A stretch of 64,000 nt of DNA, taken from positions 27,996 to 91,995 of the forward strand of contig JAXDUM010000076.1 of assembly GCA_034089285.1 (NCBI GenBank), written 5' to 3'. The translations under genes were made by a program, and so were the position numbers. The notes below the pieces were generated by a model. It was not told the origin of the DNA and searched no databases. It saw only the letters and a program-made list of their open reading frames with translations. Position 1 is the first letter of the stretch. Every line of letters starts with the position of its first letter. Below are positions 49,132 through 60,103 of this stretch, piece after piece. The DNA comes from Candidatus Cryptobacteroides sp. (GTDB taxonomy: Bacteria > Bacteroidota > Bacteroidia > Bacteroidales > UBA932).

Positions 49132-50442
49132 CTACTCGTATTTAGGTTTCTGGAACCATATGTCGTGGATATTGAATCCCAATGCTATGGAAGCGTATGT
49201 CTCCCTTATCATCCCGTCGGCTGCACTGCCTCGCCTGCCGACATCCAACCCGACTGAAACTCCGTTGTACCATCTGAACACCGGCAATGTTATTCCGAGT
49301 GTAAGTCCGTACGAGGTGATCTTGTTGCCGTTGACCTTGAAGTAATCATTGTCATAGTACAATCCGGCCCTGTAGGAACATCTCTTCATATAGTACCTTA
49401 TGTCATTCCTGTTCGGAACAATCTCGAAACCTGCCCTGAAGGACTGCGAGAAGGTGGTGGAGAAATTGTTTTCGCCGATATTGGAAAATCCGGTAACCTG
49501 GTCCATATGGGTTCCGGTCCAGTCGGAGCAGAGATAGTTCAACTCCATTCTCCACTTGTCACCCTTGCGCAATGATATTCCGACTCCGTATTCCGAGGCG
49601 AGTTTCAGCTTGGAATTTCTCCCGAGAGTGTCGATGCTGTGATGCAGGGTATCGCTGATGCTGGAAATGCTGGCATACTTGTAGTCGGTAACATACCCCT
49701 TCATCTTGGCCTGTGTGCTGTATGTGGCTCCGACCGTGAGGAAATAACCTCCGCCGAGCCCCTTGTCGTACTGGATGCCGAACTTGCCTCCTACAGCCCT
49801 GAGATTCATGGTATAACCGCTGCTGATGTCCCTGTAGGAACTCAAGTCGAAGTCCATGCCGGTACTCTTGAAAATGTTTCCGAAGTAATAAGTCACCTGG
49901 GCTCCGATGGAGAGATTCCTGAAGAAGGTGGCACCGGCTCCGAGAAAAATCTGGTATATTCCGCCTGAACCGCTGCAGCTGTATGTCACATTGCCCGCAT
50001 TTGCAATGATTTCAGGATCCGTGATGCTGTGGGAAAAATCATATCCGAGCGAGGAATAAGGAGTTATTCCTGCATAGAGGGCAGACTTTTTCCAGATCGG
50101 TACTGAAAATGTGAAATTACTGATATTGAACAGGTTCTTTGCGGATTTCACATCTCCCTGACGGTAAACTCTGTTGTCAACGGAAAGTCCGAAGTCAAGC
50201 ATGAACGAGAGAGTGTCCCTGGCTGTGACTGCGGCCGGATTCACAATATTTATGAAGCGGTTGCTTCTCGATGCTATGCCTACCCCACCCATGCTGAGGG
50301 AATATGCGTTTCCCTGGCGGCTCATATTTCCCACTCCGAAAACGGAATAAGGAGAATACGAGGTGAATGCACCGTCCTGTGCATTCAGAACGCTGGAAAA
50401 CAAAACCGTCGCGGCGGCGAGAAACAACTTAATTCTTTTCAT
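49132..50442 (-). CDS. Outer-membrane beta-barrel protein (FadL/PorV-like)
   Basis: Signal peptide; SPYSVFGVG, SMGG.G and NPA motifs; C-terminal WFQKPKYE. Confidence 0.75.
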   Translation of the reverse strand: MKRIKLFLAAATVLFSSVLNAQDGAFTSYSPYSVFGVGNMSRQGNAYSLSMGGVGIASRSNRFINIVNPAAVTARDTLSFMLDFGLSVDNRVYRQGDVKSAKNLFNISNFTFSVPIWKKSALYAGITPYSSLGYDFSHSITDPEIIANAGNVTYSCSGSGGIYQIFLGAGATFFRNLSIGAQVTYYFGNIFKSTGMDFDLSSYRDISSGYTMNLRAVGGKFGIQYDKGLGGGYFLTVGATYSTQAKMKGYVTDYKYASISSISDTLHHSIDTLGRNSKLKLASEYGVGISLRKGDKWRMELNYLCSDWTGTHMDQVTGFSNIGENNFSTTFSQSFRAGFEIVPNRNDIRYYMKRCSYRAGLYYDNDYFKVNGNKITSYGLTLGITLPVFRWYNGVSVGLDVGRRGSAADGMIRETYASIALGFNIHDIWFQKPKYE

Positions 50443-51154
50443 TGACATAACCGTCAGCAATTAGTGCCAAACCAATCAGCACAAGATTACAAATTACAAA
50501 TATCGAGTTTTTAATCCGTTTTGCAAAATAAATCGCATCACCGCCGGTGAAAACGACAATATTGTCTTCTTTTTTGCAAACGTAGCCCGATATTTCAAAC
50601 ATTATGCCTGAGATGATTCCGGAGGAAATGGAAGTGTCCAGGGAATTGCCGAGGGCAGGGGAGTCCGCAGGCGTGTCGATGAGCGGGAGAGAGCGGGAAT
50701 AACGGTTGATGGCCTTGAACCTGGTACGGCATCCGAGAGAGATGTTTCCGCCCTCGTATCTGCCTTCTCCGTCTATGAAATCGACCGTCAATGTAGTACC
50801 GAAATCAATTATGGTACAGGACTTTCCACTGAAAAGATGGCGCACGGCAATGATGGATGCCGCCCTGTCGGAGGACAGCCATTCCGGTAGGCCGCTGTCC
50901 CTGAGCAATGAGGCATGGGCGGAATCCATAATGACCAGACGTCCGCATGCTGCCGCATACTCGGCTTCGTCCCGTGGCTGAATTTCATAAACCGAGGAAA
51001 TGACCATGACTTCCGGTTTCCCGCGCCCGGTGAGCGAAAGAATGAAATTCTTCACTCTCTCTCCCTGGTACCTGAATGTCTTCCCGAGCGTAACTCCCTC
51101 AGTGAAAGCGGCTTTTACTGCAGTATTGCCGATATCTACAATAAGATTTCCCAA
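50429..51154 (-). CDS. coaX: Type III pantothenate kinase
   Basis: VDIGNT, SDR, IIDFGT.LT.D, GGNISLG and TGGDA motifs; TTG start. Confidence 0.92.
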   Translation of the reverse strand: MGNLIVDIGNTAVKAAFTEGVTLGKTFRYQGERVKNFILSLTGRGKPEVMVISSVYEIQPRDEAEYAAACGRLVIMDSAHASLLRDSGLPEWLSSDRAASIIAVRHLFSGKSCTIIDFGTTLTVDFIDGEGRYEGGNISLGCRTRFKAINRYSRSLPLIDTPADSPALGNSLDTSISSGIISGIMFEISGYVCKKEDNIVVFTGGDAIYFAKRIKNSIFVICNLVLIGLALIADGYVNEKN

Positions 51155-51184
51155 TTCGAATCAGATTTGAACATCCCTGCAAAA

Positions 51185-54100
51185 TTACAATAACTTTCGC
51201 AAAACAGCGCAAGCGTCGGCTATCGAATGTATATTTCTCGTTATTATTCTCAGCTTGGCGTCATTCTGCTTCAGTTCGAAGAGTGGACCGCAGTCGCCGA
51301 TTCTGCTGAGGACATCGGAGAATTTCTTCGAGCGGTAATATGAAGACATCTGGTTGGATATGAAGAAAGCTATCATTATCCCGTTCTTCACAATGATTTT
51401 CTCGAATCCCAGCTTCTCCCCGAGATGTCTCAGGCGGACAATGTCGAACAGCCTTGCAAGTTCCTCAGGCACAGGACCGAAGCGGTCAGCCAGACGATCC
51501 TTCATCTTATCCAGCTCGCTGTCCTTGCGGATGGAATCAAGCTCCTTGTAGATACGGATCTTCTCAGACTGCACCTCGATGTAGGAATCCGGAATGAGGG
51601 CAGGGAGGTCTGTCTCGATAGTGCAGTCCTCGACGTATGCCTCATTGACATTCCTGGTGGATATGCCGGTCTCCACACCGAGTTCGTCCATAGCTTCGGA
51701 AAGTATTTTCTGGTATGTCTCGTAGCCCATGTCGGCAATGAAACCGCTCTGCTCCGCACCAAGCAGGTTTCCCGCTCCGCGGATATCCAGATCCTGCATT
51801 GCAATGTTGAATCCGCTTCCGAGGTCGGAGAACTCCTCTATTGCCTTGAGCCTGCGCCGGGAATCGTCCGAAAGGGTGGTGAGAGGAGGCACGATCAGGT
51901 AGCAGAATGCCTTCTTGTTCGACCTTCCGACACGACCCCTGAGCTGGTGGAGATCGCTGAGTCCGAAATTCTGGGCCTGGTTGATGATGATGGTATTGGC
52001 GTTCGGAATGTCTATTCCGTTCTCTATGATGGTGGTGCTCAGCAGCATGTCGTAGTCTCCCTGCATAAAGTCCAGCATCTTGGTCTCCAGCTCCTCAGCT
52101 CCCATCTGGCCGTGCGCGACGCAGATTTTCATATCGGGGACAAGGCGGTGGAGAATGTCGTAAACGCCCTGGAGTTCGTGCACCTTGTTGTGAAGGAAGA
52201 ATATCTGGCCGCCTCGGTCAAGTTCGTAATTGATTATTGACCTGATTTCAGCCTCGTCGAAGAGAATGATTTCCGTCTGCACCGGAATGCGGTTCGGCGG
52301 GGGAGTGCTGATGATGGAAAGATCCCTCGCTCCGAGAAGGGAGAACTGCAATGTCCTAGGAATAGGGGTGGCCGTCAATGTCAATGTGTCCACCGACAGC
52401 TTCATCTGCCTGAGACGCTCCTTGGCGCTTACTCCGAACTTCTGCTCCTCGTCGATGATGAGAAGTCCCAAATCCTTGAACACGAACGACTTACCAAGAA
52501 TCTTATGAGTACCTATGACAATGTCCACAAGCCCCTTCTCAAGCTTTTCCCTGATTTCCGAGATTTCCTTCGCCGTCCTCATCCTGCTGACGTATTCAAT
52601 GTTGCACGGGAAGTTCTTGAGACGGTTCCTGAATGTATTGTAATGCTGGAATGCCAATATTGTGGTAGGAACGAGGACCGCAACCTGCTTGTTGTCGGCG
52701 ACGGCCTTGAAGGCAGCCCTGACAGCCAGCTCGGTCTTTCCGAAGCCCACGTCCCCGCACACCAGCCTGTCCATGGGACTCTTGTCCTCCATGTCGGATT
52801 TGATGGCCCTGGTGGCTGTCTCCTGGTCCGGAGTGTCCTCGTACATGAATGAAGACTCGAGTTCCTCCTGGAGATATGTGTCGGCGGAATAGGCGAAACC
52901 TTCGGTGGCCTTCCTCTTGGCGTACAGTGATATGAGTTCCTTCGCAATGTCCTTGACCTTTGCCTTTGCCTTGGTTTTCAGCGTCTGCCAGGTCTTGGAG
53001 CCGAGTTTGTTGATAGTTGGAGGGACGGCATCCTTGGACTTGTACTTGGATATTTTATGAAGGGCGTGGACAGAGACGAATACCACGTCATTGTCCTTGT
53101 ACATCAGTTTCACGACCTCGTTCATCCTGCCCTTGTCGTCCCTCATCCGGACAAGACCTCCGAAAATGCCGACTCCGTGGTCGATATGGACGACGTAATC
53201 GCCAATGTTGAAGGCGCTCAAATCATTGAGAGTCAGTTGTTCGCTCTTTTCAACGGTGCGCCTGAGGCTGACCCTGTGGAAGCGGTCGAATATCTCGTGG
53301 TCGGTGTAGCGGCAGATCTTGTTCTCATTGTCAATGAAGCCCCTGTGCAGATTCTTTCCGATGACGAATTCGGGGAACAGACCTCCGTTTCTCGACAGAA
53401 TAGAGCGCAATCTTTCACTCTGGGACTCTTTCTCGCAGTATATCAGGACTTTGTAGCCGTTCTCCATCTTCGTGGCAATGTCGGTGGAAAGCAGGTCGAA
53501 ATTCTTGTTGAATACCGGCTGCGGGGCAATGCTGAAGTTTACCGGCTCGGCATCCTTCCTGGATAGGGGAGTGTCGATGTACACCTTCCGGAAGGCATCC
53601 AGGCCGGAGAAGAATTCCCTTTCCCTGTACATGTCCGAAGAGTCCAGCCACACCACGGTGTCCTGCGGCAATATTGCGGAAACCGGGACTCCGCCCTCCG
53701 AATTGTCCCCGGCGATGATGTCCGGGAAAATCGAGGCCTCGTCCCTGACTTCGCGGGAGAGCTGCGTGTTGCAGTCGAACACATTGATATTCTCCACTTC
53801 GTCCCCGAAGAATGATATCCTGAAAGGATGGCTGTCGGAGAACGAGAAAATGTCAATGATGGAGCCCCTGACCGCGAACTGACCGGGAGCGGAGACGAAA
53901 TCCGTCTTCGTAAAGTTCTGTGCGGTAAGGACTTCCATTATGCTGTCCCGGCTTATCTCGTCGCCTTTCCTGAGGGTCAGCACCGCTCCTGAAATCCTGC
54001 TCCTGTCCGGTACCGTTTCCTCAAGGGCCTCAGGCCAGCTGACAATGAAAATGGCGGGACTGCCAGGCTTCCAGTTCATTATGCTGTTGACGGCGGAGGT

Positions 54101-54376
54101 TCTCTGCACCCCGAGGGAAGACTTGTAGTTGCTCCTCTCCACCGACTTTCCGGATACCGGCAGGTAAAATACCCTGTCCCCGTCGATCAGTGAATAAAGG
54201 TCGGATGAGCAGTACTCCGCGGAATCCCTGTCAGGAAGGACAATCAGATTGATTCCGGGGGAGGCGGCCCCGGCGAGAGCGAACCAGCGCGCGGAAAGGA
54301 AAAGGCCGGAACAGAACACCTCTTTTCCGGAGGCCATCCTCTCCTTCAGCTCATTTATGGAATGTGAATCTTTCAT
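51185..54376 (-). CDS. mfd: Transcription-repair coupling factor
   Basis: RGSIIDIF, GDYVVHIDHG.G, CGDVGFGKTE, DEEQKFGV, TATPIPRTL and QLRGRVGRS motifs; start placed at MKDSHS. Confidence 0.97.
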   Translation of the reverse strand: MKDSHSINELKERMASGKEVFCSGLFLSARWFALAGAASPGINLIVLPDRDSAEYCSSDLYSLIDGDRVFYLPVSGKSVERSNYKSSLGVQRTSAVNSIMNWKPGSPAIFIVSWPEALEETVPDRSRISGAVLTLRKGDEISRDSIMEVLTAQNFTKTDFVSAPGQFAVRGSIIDIFSFSDSHPFRISFFGDEVENINVFDCNTQLSREVRDEASIFPDIIAGDNSEGGVPVSAILPQDTVVWLDSSDMYREREFFSGLDAFRKVYIDTPLSRKDAEPVNFSIAPQPVFNKNFDLLSTDIATKMENGYKVLIYCEKESQSERLRSILSRNGGLFPEFVIGKNLHRGFIDNENKICRYTDHEIFDRFHRVSLRRTVEKSEQLTLNDLSAFNIGDYVVHIDHGVGIFGGLVRMRDDKGRMNEVVKLMYKDNDVVFVSVHALHKISKYKSKDAVPPTINKLGSKTWQTLKTKAKAKVKDIAKELISLYAKRKATEGFAYSADTYLQEELESSFMYEDTPDQETATRAIKSDMEDKSPMDRLVCGDVGFGKTELAVRAAFKAVADNKQVAVLVPTTILAFQHYNTFRNRLKNFPCNIEYVSRMRTAKEISEIREKLEKGLVDIVIGTHKILGKSFVFKDLGLLIIDEEQKFGVSAKERLRQMKLSVDTLTLTATPIPRTLQFSLLGARDLSIISTPPPNRIPVQTEIILFDEAEIRSIINYELDRGGQIFFLHNKVHELQGVYDILHRLVPDMKICVAHGQMGAEELETKMLDFMQGDYDMLLSTTIIENGIDIPNANTIIINQAQNFGLSDLHQLRGRVGRSNKKAFCYLIVPPLTTLSDDSRRRLKAIEEFSDLGSGFNIAMQDLDIRGAGNLLGAEQSGFIADMGYETYQKILSEAMDELGVETGISTRNVNEAYVEDCTIETDLPALIPDSYIEVQSEKIRIYKELDSIRKDSELDKMKDRLADRFGPVPEELARLFDIVRLRHLGEKLGFEKIIVKNGIMIAFFISNQMSSYYRSKKFSDVLSRIGDCGPLFELKQNDAKLRIITRNIHSIADACAVLRKLL

Positions 54377-54394
54377 TGTCGTGAAAATCTTCGT

Positions 54395-54700
54395 TACTGT
54401 GGAAAAGCTGTTGAAAACTTGTTGATAACCCCGGTTTTTCCGGTTGAAAACAATGTTGAAATCAATTGAAAAATCATCCTTCCACATACGGAAGAAAATT
54501 TTATGCAGAGCGGAAACGACATCTGCAAATATTTTTTCAAACAATCCGCCAACACTGAATCCAACAGGTAATCAACAATTTTTCAATATGTCAATTAGCT
54601 TATAATCAATCATTTGAATATAGTTTTCAACATTTCAACAGCCAAATATAAAACATCATTCATTTAAAAATAAATCTATATATTTGTATAAATTTGTTTT
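54395..54700. other. Candidate chromosomal replication origin (oriC)
   Basis: About 12 DnaA-box-like 9-mers (TT[A/T]TC[A/C]ACA variants), many at 11-12 bp spacing, followed by an AT-rich stretch, between divergent mfd and ruvB. Confidence 0.7.
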
Positions 54701-54704
54701 TGCG

Positions 54705-55748
54705 ATGACTGCTGGTGTTTCCCCGAACTCTTCCGGGACCGACAAAGATAAGGATTTGGACGGAATTATCCGCCCCCGCGAACTTGTAGATTTCACGGGA
54801 CAGGACAAGATAGTCACCAACCTGAAGATATTCATAAAGGCGGCCCTGATGAGGGGCGAGCCGCTCGACCATGTTCTTTTCCACGGGCCTCCGGGACTGG
54901 GAAAGACGACTCTCGCCAATATCGTGGCAAGCGAACTTGGAGTCAATATTAAGATTACCTCGGGACCGGTCCTGGACAAGCCCGGCGACCTGGCCGGCCT
55001 TCTTACATCCCTCGAGACCGGGGACGTGCTTTTCATCGACGAGATACACAGGCTTTCTCCCGTGGTGGAGGAGTATCTCTACTCGGCGATGGAGCAGTTC
55101 GCCATTGACATTCTCATTGACAAGGGTCCGGGCGCCCGCTCGGTCAGGATTGCACTGAACCCGTTCACACTGGTCGGCGCGACTACGAGGAAGGGCCTTC
55201 TCACGGCTCCGCTGAGGGCCAGGTTCGGAATCGATTTCGCATTGGAATATTATGACGCACAGGACCTTGTGAAGATTGTGAAGAGAAGCAGCTCATTGCT
55301 CGGGGTAGGCATTGAAGAGGATGCGGCGATGGAGATTGCATTGCGCAGCAGGGGCACTCCGCGTATTGCCAATTCCCTCCTCAGGCGAGTGCGGGATTTC
55401 GCCCAGGTGAAGGGGGACGGCCATATCGATCTCCCTATTTCACGCTATGCGCTGGATGCCCTGAATATTGACAAGAGGGGATTGAACCAGATTGACAACA
55501 AGATTCTCTATACGATAATCGCGAAGTTCGGAGGCGGGCCTGTCGGGGTGAATACCATTGCGACGGCGGTGGGGGAGGACCAGGGTTCCGTGGAGGAGGT
55601 TTACGAGCCATTCCTTATAAAGGAGGGCTTCATACAGCGTACTCCAAGGGGCCGCATCGCCACTGACCAGGCTTATGCGCATCTCGGCTTCGACAGTCCG
55701 AAGGGCAGGGATGACGGTCTGGAAATCATCCAAGGCAGTCTTTTTTGA
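54705..55748 (+). CDS. ruvB: Holliday junction branch migration helicase RuvB
   Basis: [36 protein letters not shown] and RTPRGR motifs. Confidence 0.98.
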   Translation: MTAGVSPNSSGTDKDKDLDGIIRPRELVDFTGQDKIVTNLKIFIKAALMRGEPLDHVLFHGPPGLGKTTLANIVASELGVNIKITSGPVLDKPGDLAGLLTSLETGDVLFIDEIHRLSPVVEEYLYSAMEQFAIDILIDKGPGARSVRIALNPFTLVGATTRKGLLTAPLRARFGIDFALEYYDAQDLVKIVKRSSSLLGVGIEEDAAMEIALRSRGTPRIANSLLRRVRDFAQVKGDGHIDLPISRYALDALNIDKRGLNQIDNKILYTIIAKFGGGPVGVNTIATAVGEDQGSVEEVYEPFLIKEGFIQRTPRGRIATDQAYAHLGFDSPKGRDDGLEIIQGSLF

Positions 55749-55851
55749 CATTTATTCAGTTATTACTTGCAGAAAGTCAAGGTTTATTCGCCAAAAATGA
55801 CTAAACTTGCAAAACGAAAAGGAATTGTACAATTTTCATAATAATTTCAAA

Positions 55852-57798
55852 ATGGCCGATAAATTAATCTCTAAGATTCCTGACGGACCGTTGGCTGAAA
55901 AATGGACCAAACGTAAGTCGGAAATTCGTCTTGTCAGTCCTAACAACAAAAGGAAACTTGAAGTAATCGTAGTCGGAACCGGTCTCGGCGGAGCATCTGC
56001 TGCCGCCACTCTCGGCGAGCTCGGCTACAATGTCAAGGTTTTCTGCATCAGCGATTCTCCAAGAAGGGCGCACTCCATCGCCGCCCAGGGAGGTATCAAT
56101 GCCGCAAAGAACTATCAGAATGACAATGACTCTGTTTACCGTCTCTTCTATGACACCATCAAGGGTGGCGACTACCGTGCAAGGGAGGCTAATGTCTATC
56201 GTCTTGCAGAGGTCAGCGCAGCCATCATTGACCAGTGCGTAGCCCAGGGCATTCCTTTCGCCAGGGAATACGGCGGATATCTTGCCAACCGTTCTTTCGG
56301 AGGCGTGCAGGTAAGCCGTACATTCTACGCCCGCGGACAAACCGGACAGCAGCTCCTTCTCGGTGCATACGCTGCCCTCAACAGGCAGATCGCAGCCGGT
56401 ACCGTTGCAAGCTACCCTCGTCATGAGATGCTTGATCTCGTCGTCATCAACGGAGAGGCAAAGGGTATCATTGCAAGAAACCTTGTGACAGGAAAGCTTG
56501 AGAGATTCGGTGCACACGCCGTGGTCATTGCCACAGGCGGTTACGGCCGTACTTATTTCCTCTCCACCAATGCCATGAACAGCAACGGTTCTGCAGCTTG
56601 GCAGTGCTACAAGAGGGGAGCATACTTCGCAAATCCATGCTTTGCGCAGATTCACCCTACATGTATCCCGGTTCACGGTGACCAGCAGTGCAAGCTGACC
56701 CTCATGTCAGAGTCCCTGCGTAATGACGGCCGTGTATGGGTACCTAAGAAGGATGAGGATGTGCAGAAGCTCCGCAAGGGCGAAATCAAGCCTTCACAGA
56801 TACCTGAGGAGGACAGGGATTACTATCTCGAGCGCAGATATCCTGCATTCGGTAACCTCGTTCCGCGTGACGTGGCTTCCCGCGCCGCTTATGTAGAGTG
56901 CAAGAAGGGCAAGGGTGTCAATGAGACCGGTCTGGCCGTGTTCCTCGATTTCAAGGATGCTATCCAGCGTCTCGGCCACAAGGCTGTAGAGGAGAGATAC
57001 GGAAACCTCTTCCAGATGTACGAGAAGATCACTGCTTCTTCTCCATGGGAGGAGCCTATGATGATTTACCCTGCCATCCACTATACCATGGGCGGTATCT
57101 GGGTTGACTACGACCTCCAGACTACAGTTCCGGGCCTTTACGCCATCGGTGAGGCCAACTTCTCTGACCACGGTGGAAACCGCCTCGGTGCATCTGCCCT
57201 CATGCAGGGTCTTGCAGACGGTTATTTCATCCTTCCTGTCACCATCGGAGACTATCTCTCACACAAGTTCGCCGAGCCTAAGACCGATACTTCCGCACCG
57301 GAGTTCGATGCAGCTGAGAAGGCAGTTCAGGAGCGCATAGACAAGCTCTTCGCAGTAAAGGGTACAGAGCCTGTTGACGCAATCCACAAGAGACTCGGAC
57401 AGATCATGTGGGATCACGTCGGAATGGCACGTACCGCAGAGGGTCTGAAAGAGGGTATAAAGATGATTCAGGACCTCCGCAAGGAGTTCTGGAAGACCGT
57501 CAGGGTTACAGGTTCACAGTATGAGTTCAACCAGGAACTCGAGAAGGCTCTCAGACTCGTTGACTTCTTCGATATCGGCGAGCTCATGGCCAAGGACGCT
57601 CTCAACAGGAATGAGTCCTGCGGCGGTCATTTCCGCGAGGAGAGCCAGACTCCGGAAGGAGAGGCCAAGAGGGATGACGAGAACTACATGTATGTAGCTG
57701 CCTGGGAGTACAAGGGCGAGGGCAATGAGCCTGAACTCCACAAGGAACCTCTTGTATATGAGAACATTCACGTGGCAACCAGAAACTATAAAGACTAA
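55852..57798 (+). CDS. sdhA: Succinate dehydrogenase/fumarate reductase flavoprotein subunit
   Basis: [40 protein letters not shown] and [11 protein letters not shown] motifs. Confidence 0.96.
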   Translation: MADKLISKIPDGPLAEKWTKRKSEIRLVSPNNKRKLEVIVVGTGLGGASAAATLGELGYNVKVFCISDSPRRAHSIAAQGGINAAKNYQNDNDSVYRLFYDTIKGGDYRAREANVYRLAEVSAAIIDQCVAQGIPFAREYGGYLANRSFGGVQVSRTFYARGQTGQQLLLGAYAALNRQIAAGTVASYPRHEMLDLVVINGEAKGIIARNLVTGKLERFGAHAVVIATGGYGRTYFLSTNAMNSNGSAAWQCYKRGAYFANPCFAQIHPTCIPVHGDQQCKLTLMSESLRNDGRVWVPKKDEDVQKLRKGEIKPSQIPEEDRDYYLERRYPAFGNLVPRDVASRAAYVECKKGKGVNETGLAVFLDFKDAIQRLGHKAVEERYGNLFQMYEKITASSPWEEPMMIYPAIHYTMGGIWVDYDLQTTVPGLYAIGEANFSDHGGNRLGASALMQGLADGYFILPVTIGDYLSHKFAEPKTDTSAPEFDAAEKAVQERIDKLFAVKGTEPVDAIHKRLGQIMWDHVGMARTAEGLKEGIKMIQDLRKEFWKTVRVTGSQYEFNQELEKALRLVDFFDIGELMAKDALNRNESCGGHFREESQTPEGEAKRDDENYMYVAAWEYKGEGNEPELHKEPLVYENIHVATRNYKD

Positions 57799-57804
57799 TC
57801 TGAT

Positions 57805-58584
57805 ATGAATTTCAATTTGAAAATATGGCGTCAGAAAAACGCCCACGAGCCAGGAAAGCTGGTTGACTACCGTATTGAGGGTATCGAGGAGGATGCATCA
57901 TTCCTCGAGATGCTTGACATCCTCAATGAGCAGCTCGTAAGAAAGGGTGAGGATCCGGTTGCCGTGGACAGGGGATGCGAGTCTCTCGGACCTGTTTCGT
58001 TCGACCATGACTGCCGCGAGGGTATCTGCGGTGCATGCTCACTCTATATTGACGGTCGCGCCCATGGACCGGATGACCAGGTAACTACCTGCCAGCTCTT
58101 CATGCGTCATTTCAAGAATGAGGCTACCATCACTGTTGAGCCTTGGAAGAGTGCCGCTTTCCCTGTAATCAAGGACCTTGTGGTCGACAGGGGAGCGTTC
58201 GACAAGATTCTCCAGGCCGGCGGCTTCATTTCCGTAAGGACAGGATCAGCCCAGGATGCCAATAATCTTCTCATTCCTCATGACAAGGCTGAGGAGAGCA
58301 TGGATGCTGCTGCATGCGTCGGTTGCGGTGCCTGCGTAGCGACCTGTAAAAACGGCTCTGCAATGCTTTTTGTGGCCGCAAGGGTAAGTTCCCTCGCTCT
58401 GCTCCCGCAAGGCCGTCCTGAGGCCGCTAGACGCGCCCGTGCGATGGTTGCGAAGATGGACGAACTCGGTTTCGGTAACTGTACCAATACCAGGGCCTGC
58501 GAGATGGAGTGTCCTAAGGGTATCTCAGTCGAGCATATCGCCCGTCTCAACAGGGAGTTCCTCGCTGCTAAATTAAGTGAATAA
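57805..58584 (+). CDS. sdhB: Succinate dehydrogenase/fumarate reductase iron-sulfur subunit
   Basis: [20 protein letters not shown] and [12 protein letters not shown] cluster motifs. Confidence 0.96.
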   Translation: MNFNLKIWRQKNAHEPGKLVDYRIEGIEEDASFLEMLDILNEQLVRKGEDPVAVDRGCESLGPVSFDHDCREGICGACSLYIDGRAHGPDDQVTTCQLFMRHFKNEATITVEPWKSAAFPVIKDLVVDRGAFDKILQAGGFISVRTGSAQDANNLLIPHDKAEESMDAAACVGCGACVATCKNGSAMLFVAARVSSLALLPQGRPEAARRARAMVAKMDELGFGNCTNTRACEMECPKGISVEHIARLNREFLAAKLSE

Positions 58585-58605
58585 TCTTCTGATTATTAAT
58601 AAATT

Positions 58606-58635
58606 AAGGGAACCGGATTCCGGTTCCCTTTTTTT
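58606..58635. terminator. Intrinsic terminator after sdhB (between convergent genes)
   Basis: AAGGGAACCGG-ATT-CCGGTTCCCTT followed by a T run. Confidence 0.85.
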
Positions 58636-58650
58636 GTTGTCCAGGTGATT

Positions 58651-60057
58651 TTACTCTGTCGTTGTGAAAGTGCCGGCGTCAGTTGCCTGATATATTCTTT
58701 CACCTCCATTCATCGTGTAGAATGCGCGGAAGTAGTACTTCGTGTTTGGATTCAGAACTTCAGGAGTTGTAATTGTTCCGGCGTATCCATCCAAGGAGTT
58801 GGTCATTGAGATATTTGTCTCTTCATATACCTTATCCGTGAAATTCGTGCCGTCTGTGCTTATTTCAAGACCGTATTTAACTACTTCAGTAAAAGTTGTC
58901 TTGGTAAGAAGAGATACCCACTCAAGACTGCTTACCAATACTGTGATTTCAGCTGTTTTGCCGGTAACACTGATCTTCTTGCTCAATACAGGAAGGTCTT
59001 CAGTCTTGAAGCTTACTACATCGCTATAGGTAATTGATCCATTGTTATCCATATAGTTTCTGGCGTAGTAAGTAGTTGAAGGAGAGAGTAATGTCGGGTA
59101 ACTTACACTGTATCTGGACTGGTCGTCCGTAGTGTTCCTGTCATATTTTCCCTTAAATACTGGATATTCGAAACTTTCCGTCTTGCTTATCTGCGTTCCA
59201 AATTCATATCCTGCAGCATTTTCAGGCCAGGTGATGTCTGCACCGATTCTGCCTCTTGGGCCGATCTGATGAACGTATGGCTGACTTATGCCAACAGTGC
59301 TAGTAACAGGGTCCGGCTGCACGGTGAAAGAACTTGCCTGTGACCAGTTAGTCTTGCCGTTCAGTGTGCAATATGCCTTTGTGTAGTAGGTTGCACCTAC
59401 TGTAAGATTTGGTATTCCCAGTGTTGTTTTCAGACTTGCATCCGGTGTAAAGAGTGTTTCAGCAGTGTACTGTGCATCGAAATCGCTTTCTGAACTGATC
59501 TGAAGGCCGTATTTAGCTCCTGCAGGATTCTCGCTTACTGATACCGTAACAAATATTTCAGATACATAACCTTCTATCTTGTCAATAGTTACAACGACGT
59601 TATTCTCGCCCTGCTGCTCTCCGCCTTCATCTCCACCGCCGGTCGTGGCCTTTGCCGTATGGAATTTCTGCGGAGTACCATAATCGTAGGTCTTTCCGTC
59701 TTTGCAGACGTAAGTCCTTGCGTAATAGTCTGTATCATTGTTCAGATTCTTGATTTCAACAGTAAATTTTCCATTGCTGTCGGCATTTATTTTGAGTTTG
59801 GTCCTGTCATTTATAGGGAATGCCTCATTTGCAGAGTACTCAATTCCTATTGCAGTGCCTGCAGGGACATCTTTCCCCATTTTTACCATACCTGATAGCG
59901 TTGCGGAATTTTCAGTTTGTGTTATACTGGAAATGTTTATCACTACTGACTCGTCTTTCTGACCTTCTGTTTCAGGACCTACTGTGTCACAGCTGTTTAC
60001 TGTGATCATGGCTGTTGCCGTCATGATAAGTGCGGCGATTCTTTTGAGACTTTTCAT
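58651..60057 (-). CDS. Surface lipoprotein with four FN3-like repeats
   Basis: Lipobox VNSC; four ~100-aa repeats with G.(E/Q).S....F and L...T.YY.R.Y......Y.....F.T. Confidence 0.72.
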   Translation of the reverse strand: MKSLKRIAALIMTATAMITVNSCDTVGPETEGQKDESVVINISSITQTENSATLSGMVKMGKDVPAGTAIGIEYSANEAFPINDRTKLKINADSNGKFTVEIKNLNNDTDYYARTYVCKDGKTYDYGTPQKFHTAKATTGGGDEGGEQQGENNVVVTIDKIEGYVSEIFVTVSVSENPAGAKYGLQISSESDFDAQYTAETLFTPDASLKTTLGIPNLTVGATYYTKAYCTLNGKTNWSQASSFTVQPDPVTSTVGISQPYVHQIGPRGRIGADITWPENAAGYEFGTQISKTESFEYPVFKGKYDRNTTDDQSRYSVSYPTLLSPSTTYYARNYMDNNGSITYSDVVSFKTEDLPVLSKKISVTGKTAEITVLVSSLEWVSLLTKTTFTEVVKYGLEISTDGTNFTDKVYEETNISMTNSLDGYAGTITTPEVLNPNTKYYFRAFYTMNGGERIYQATDAGTFTTTE

Positions 60058-60103
60058 ATTTTTCCTTATTTATTTGCGCTAAATATAGTATTTTTTTCAA
60101 TTA

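Noticed and set aside
54377-54544. 56-aa N-terminal extension of Mfd in the ORF track
   Set aside because: It starts at TTG and runs through the AT-rich DnaA-box array; the ATG at 54376 is the more plausible start.
54641-54670. DnaA-trio repeats after the last box pair
   Set aside because: The GCC spacer is suggestive, but the trinucleotide periodicity is too degenerate to claim.
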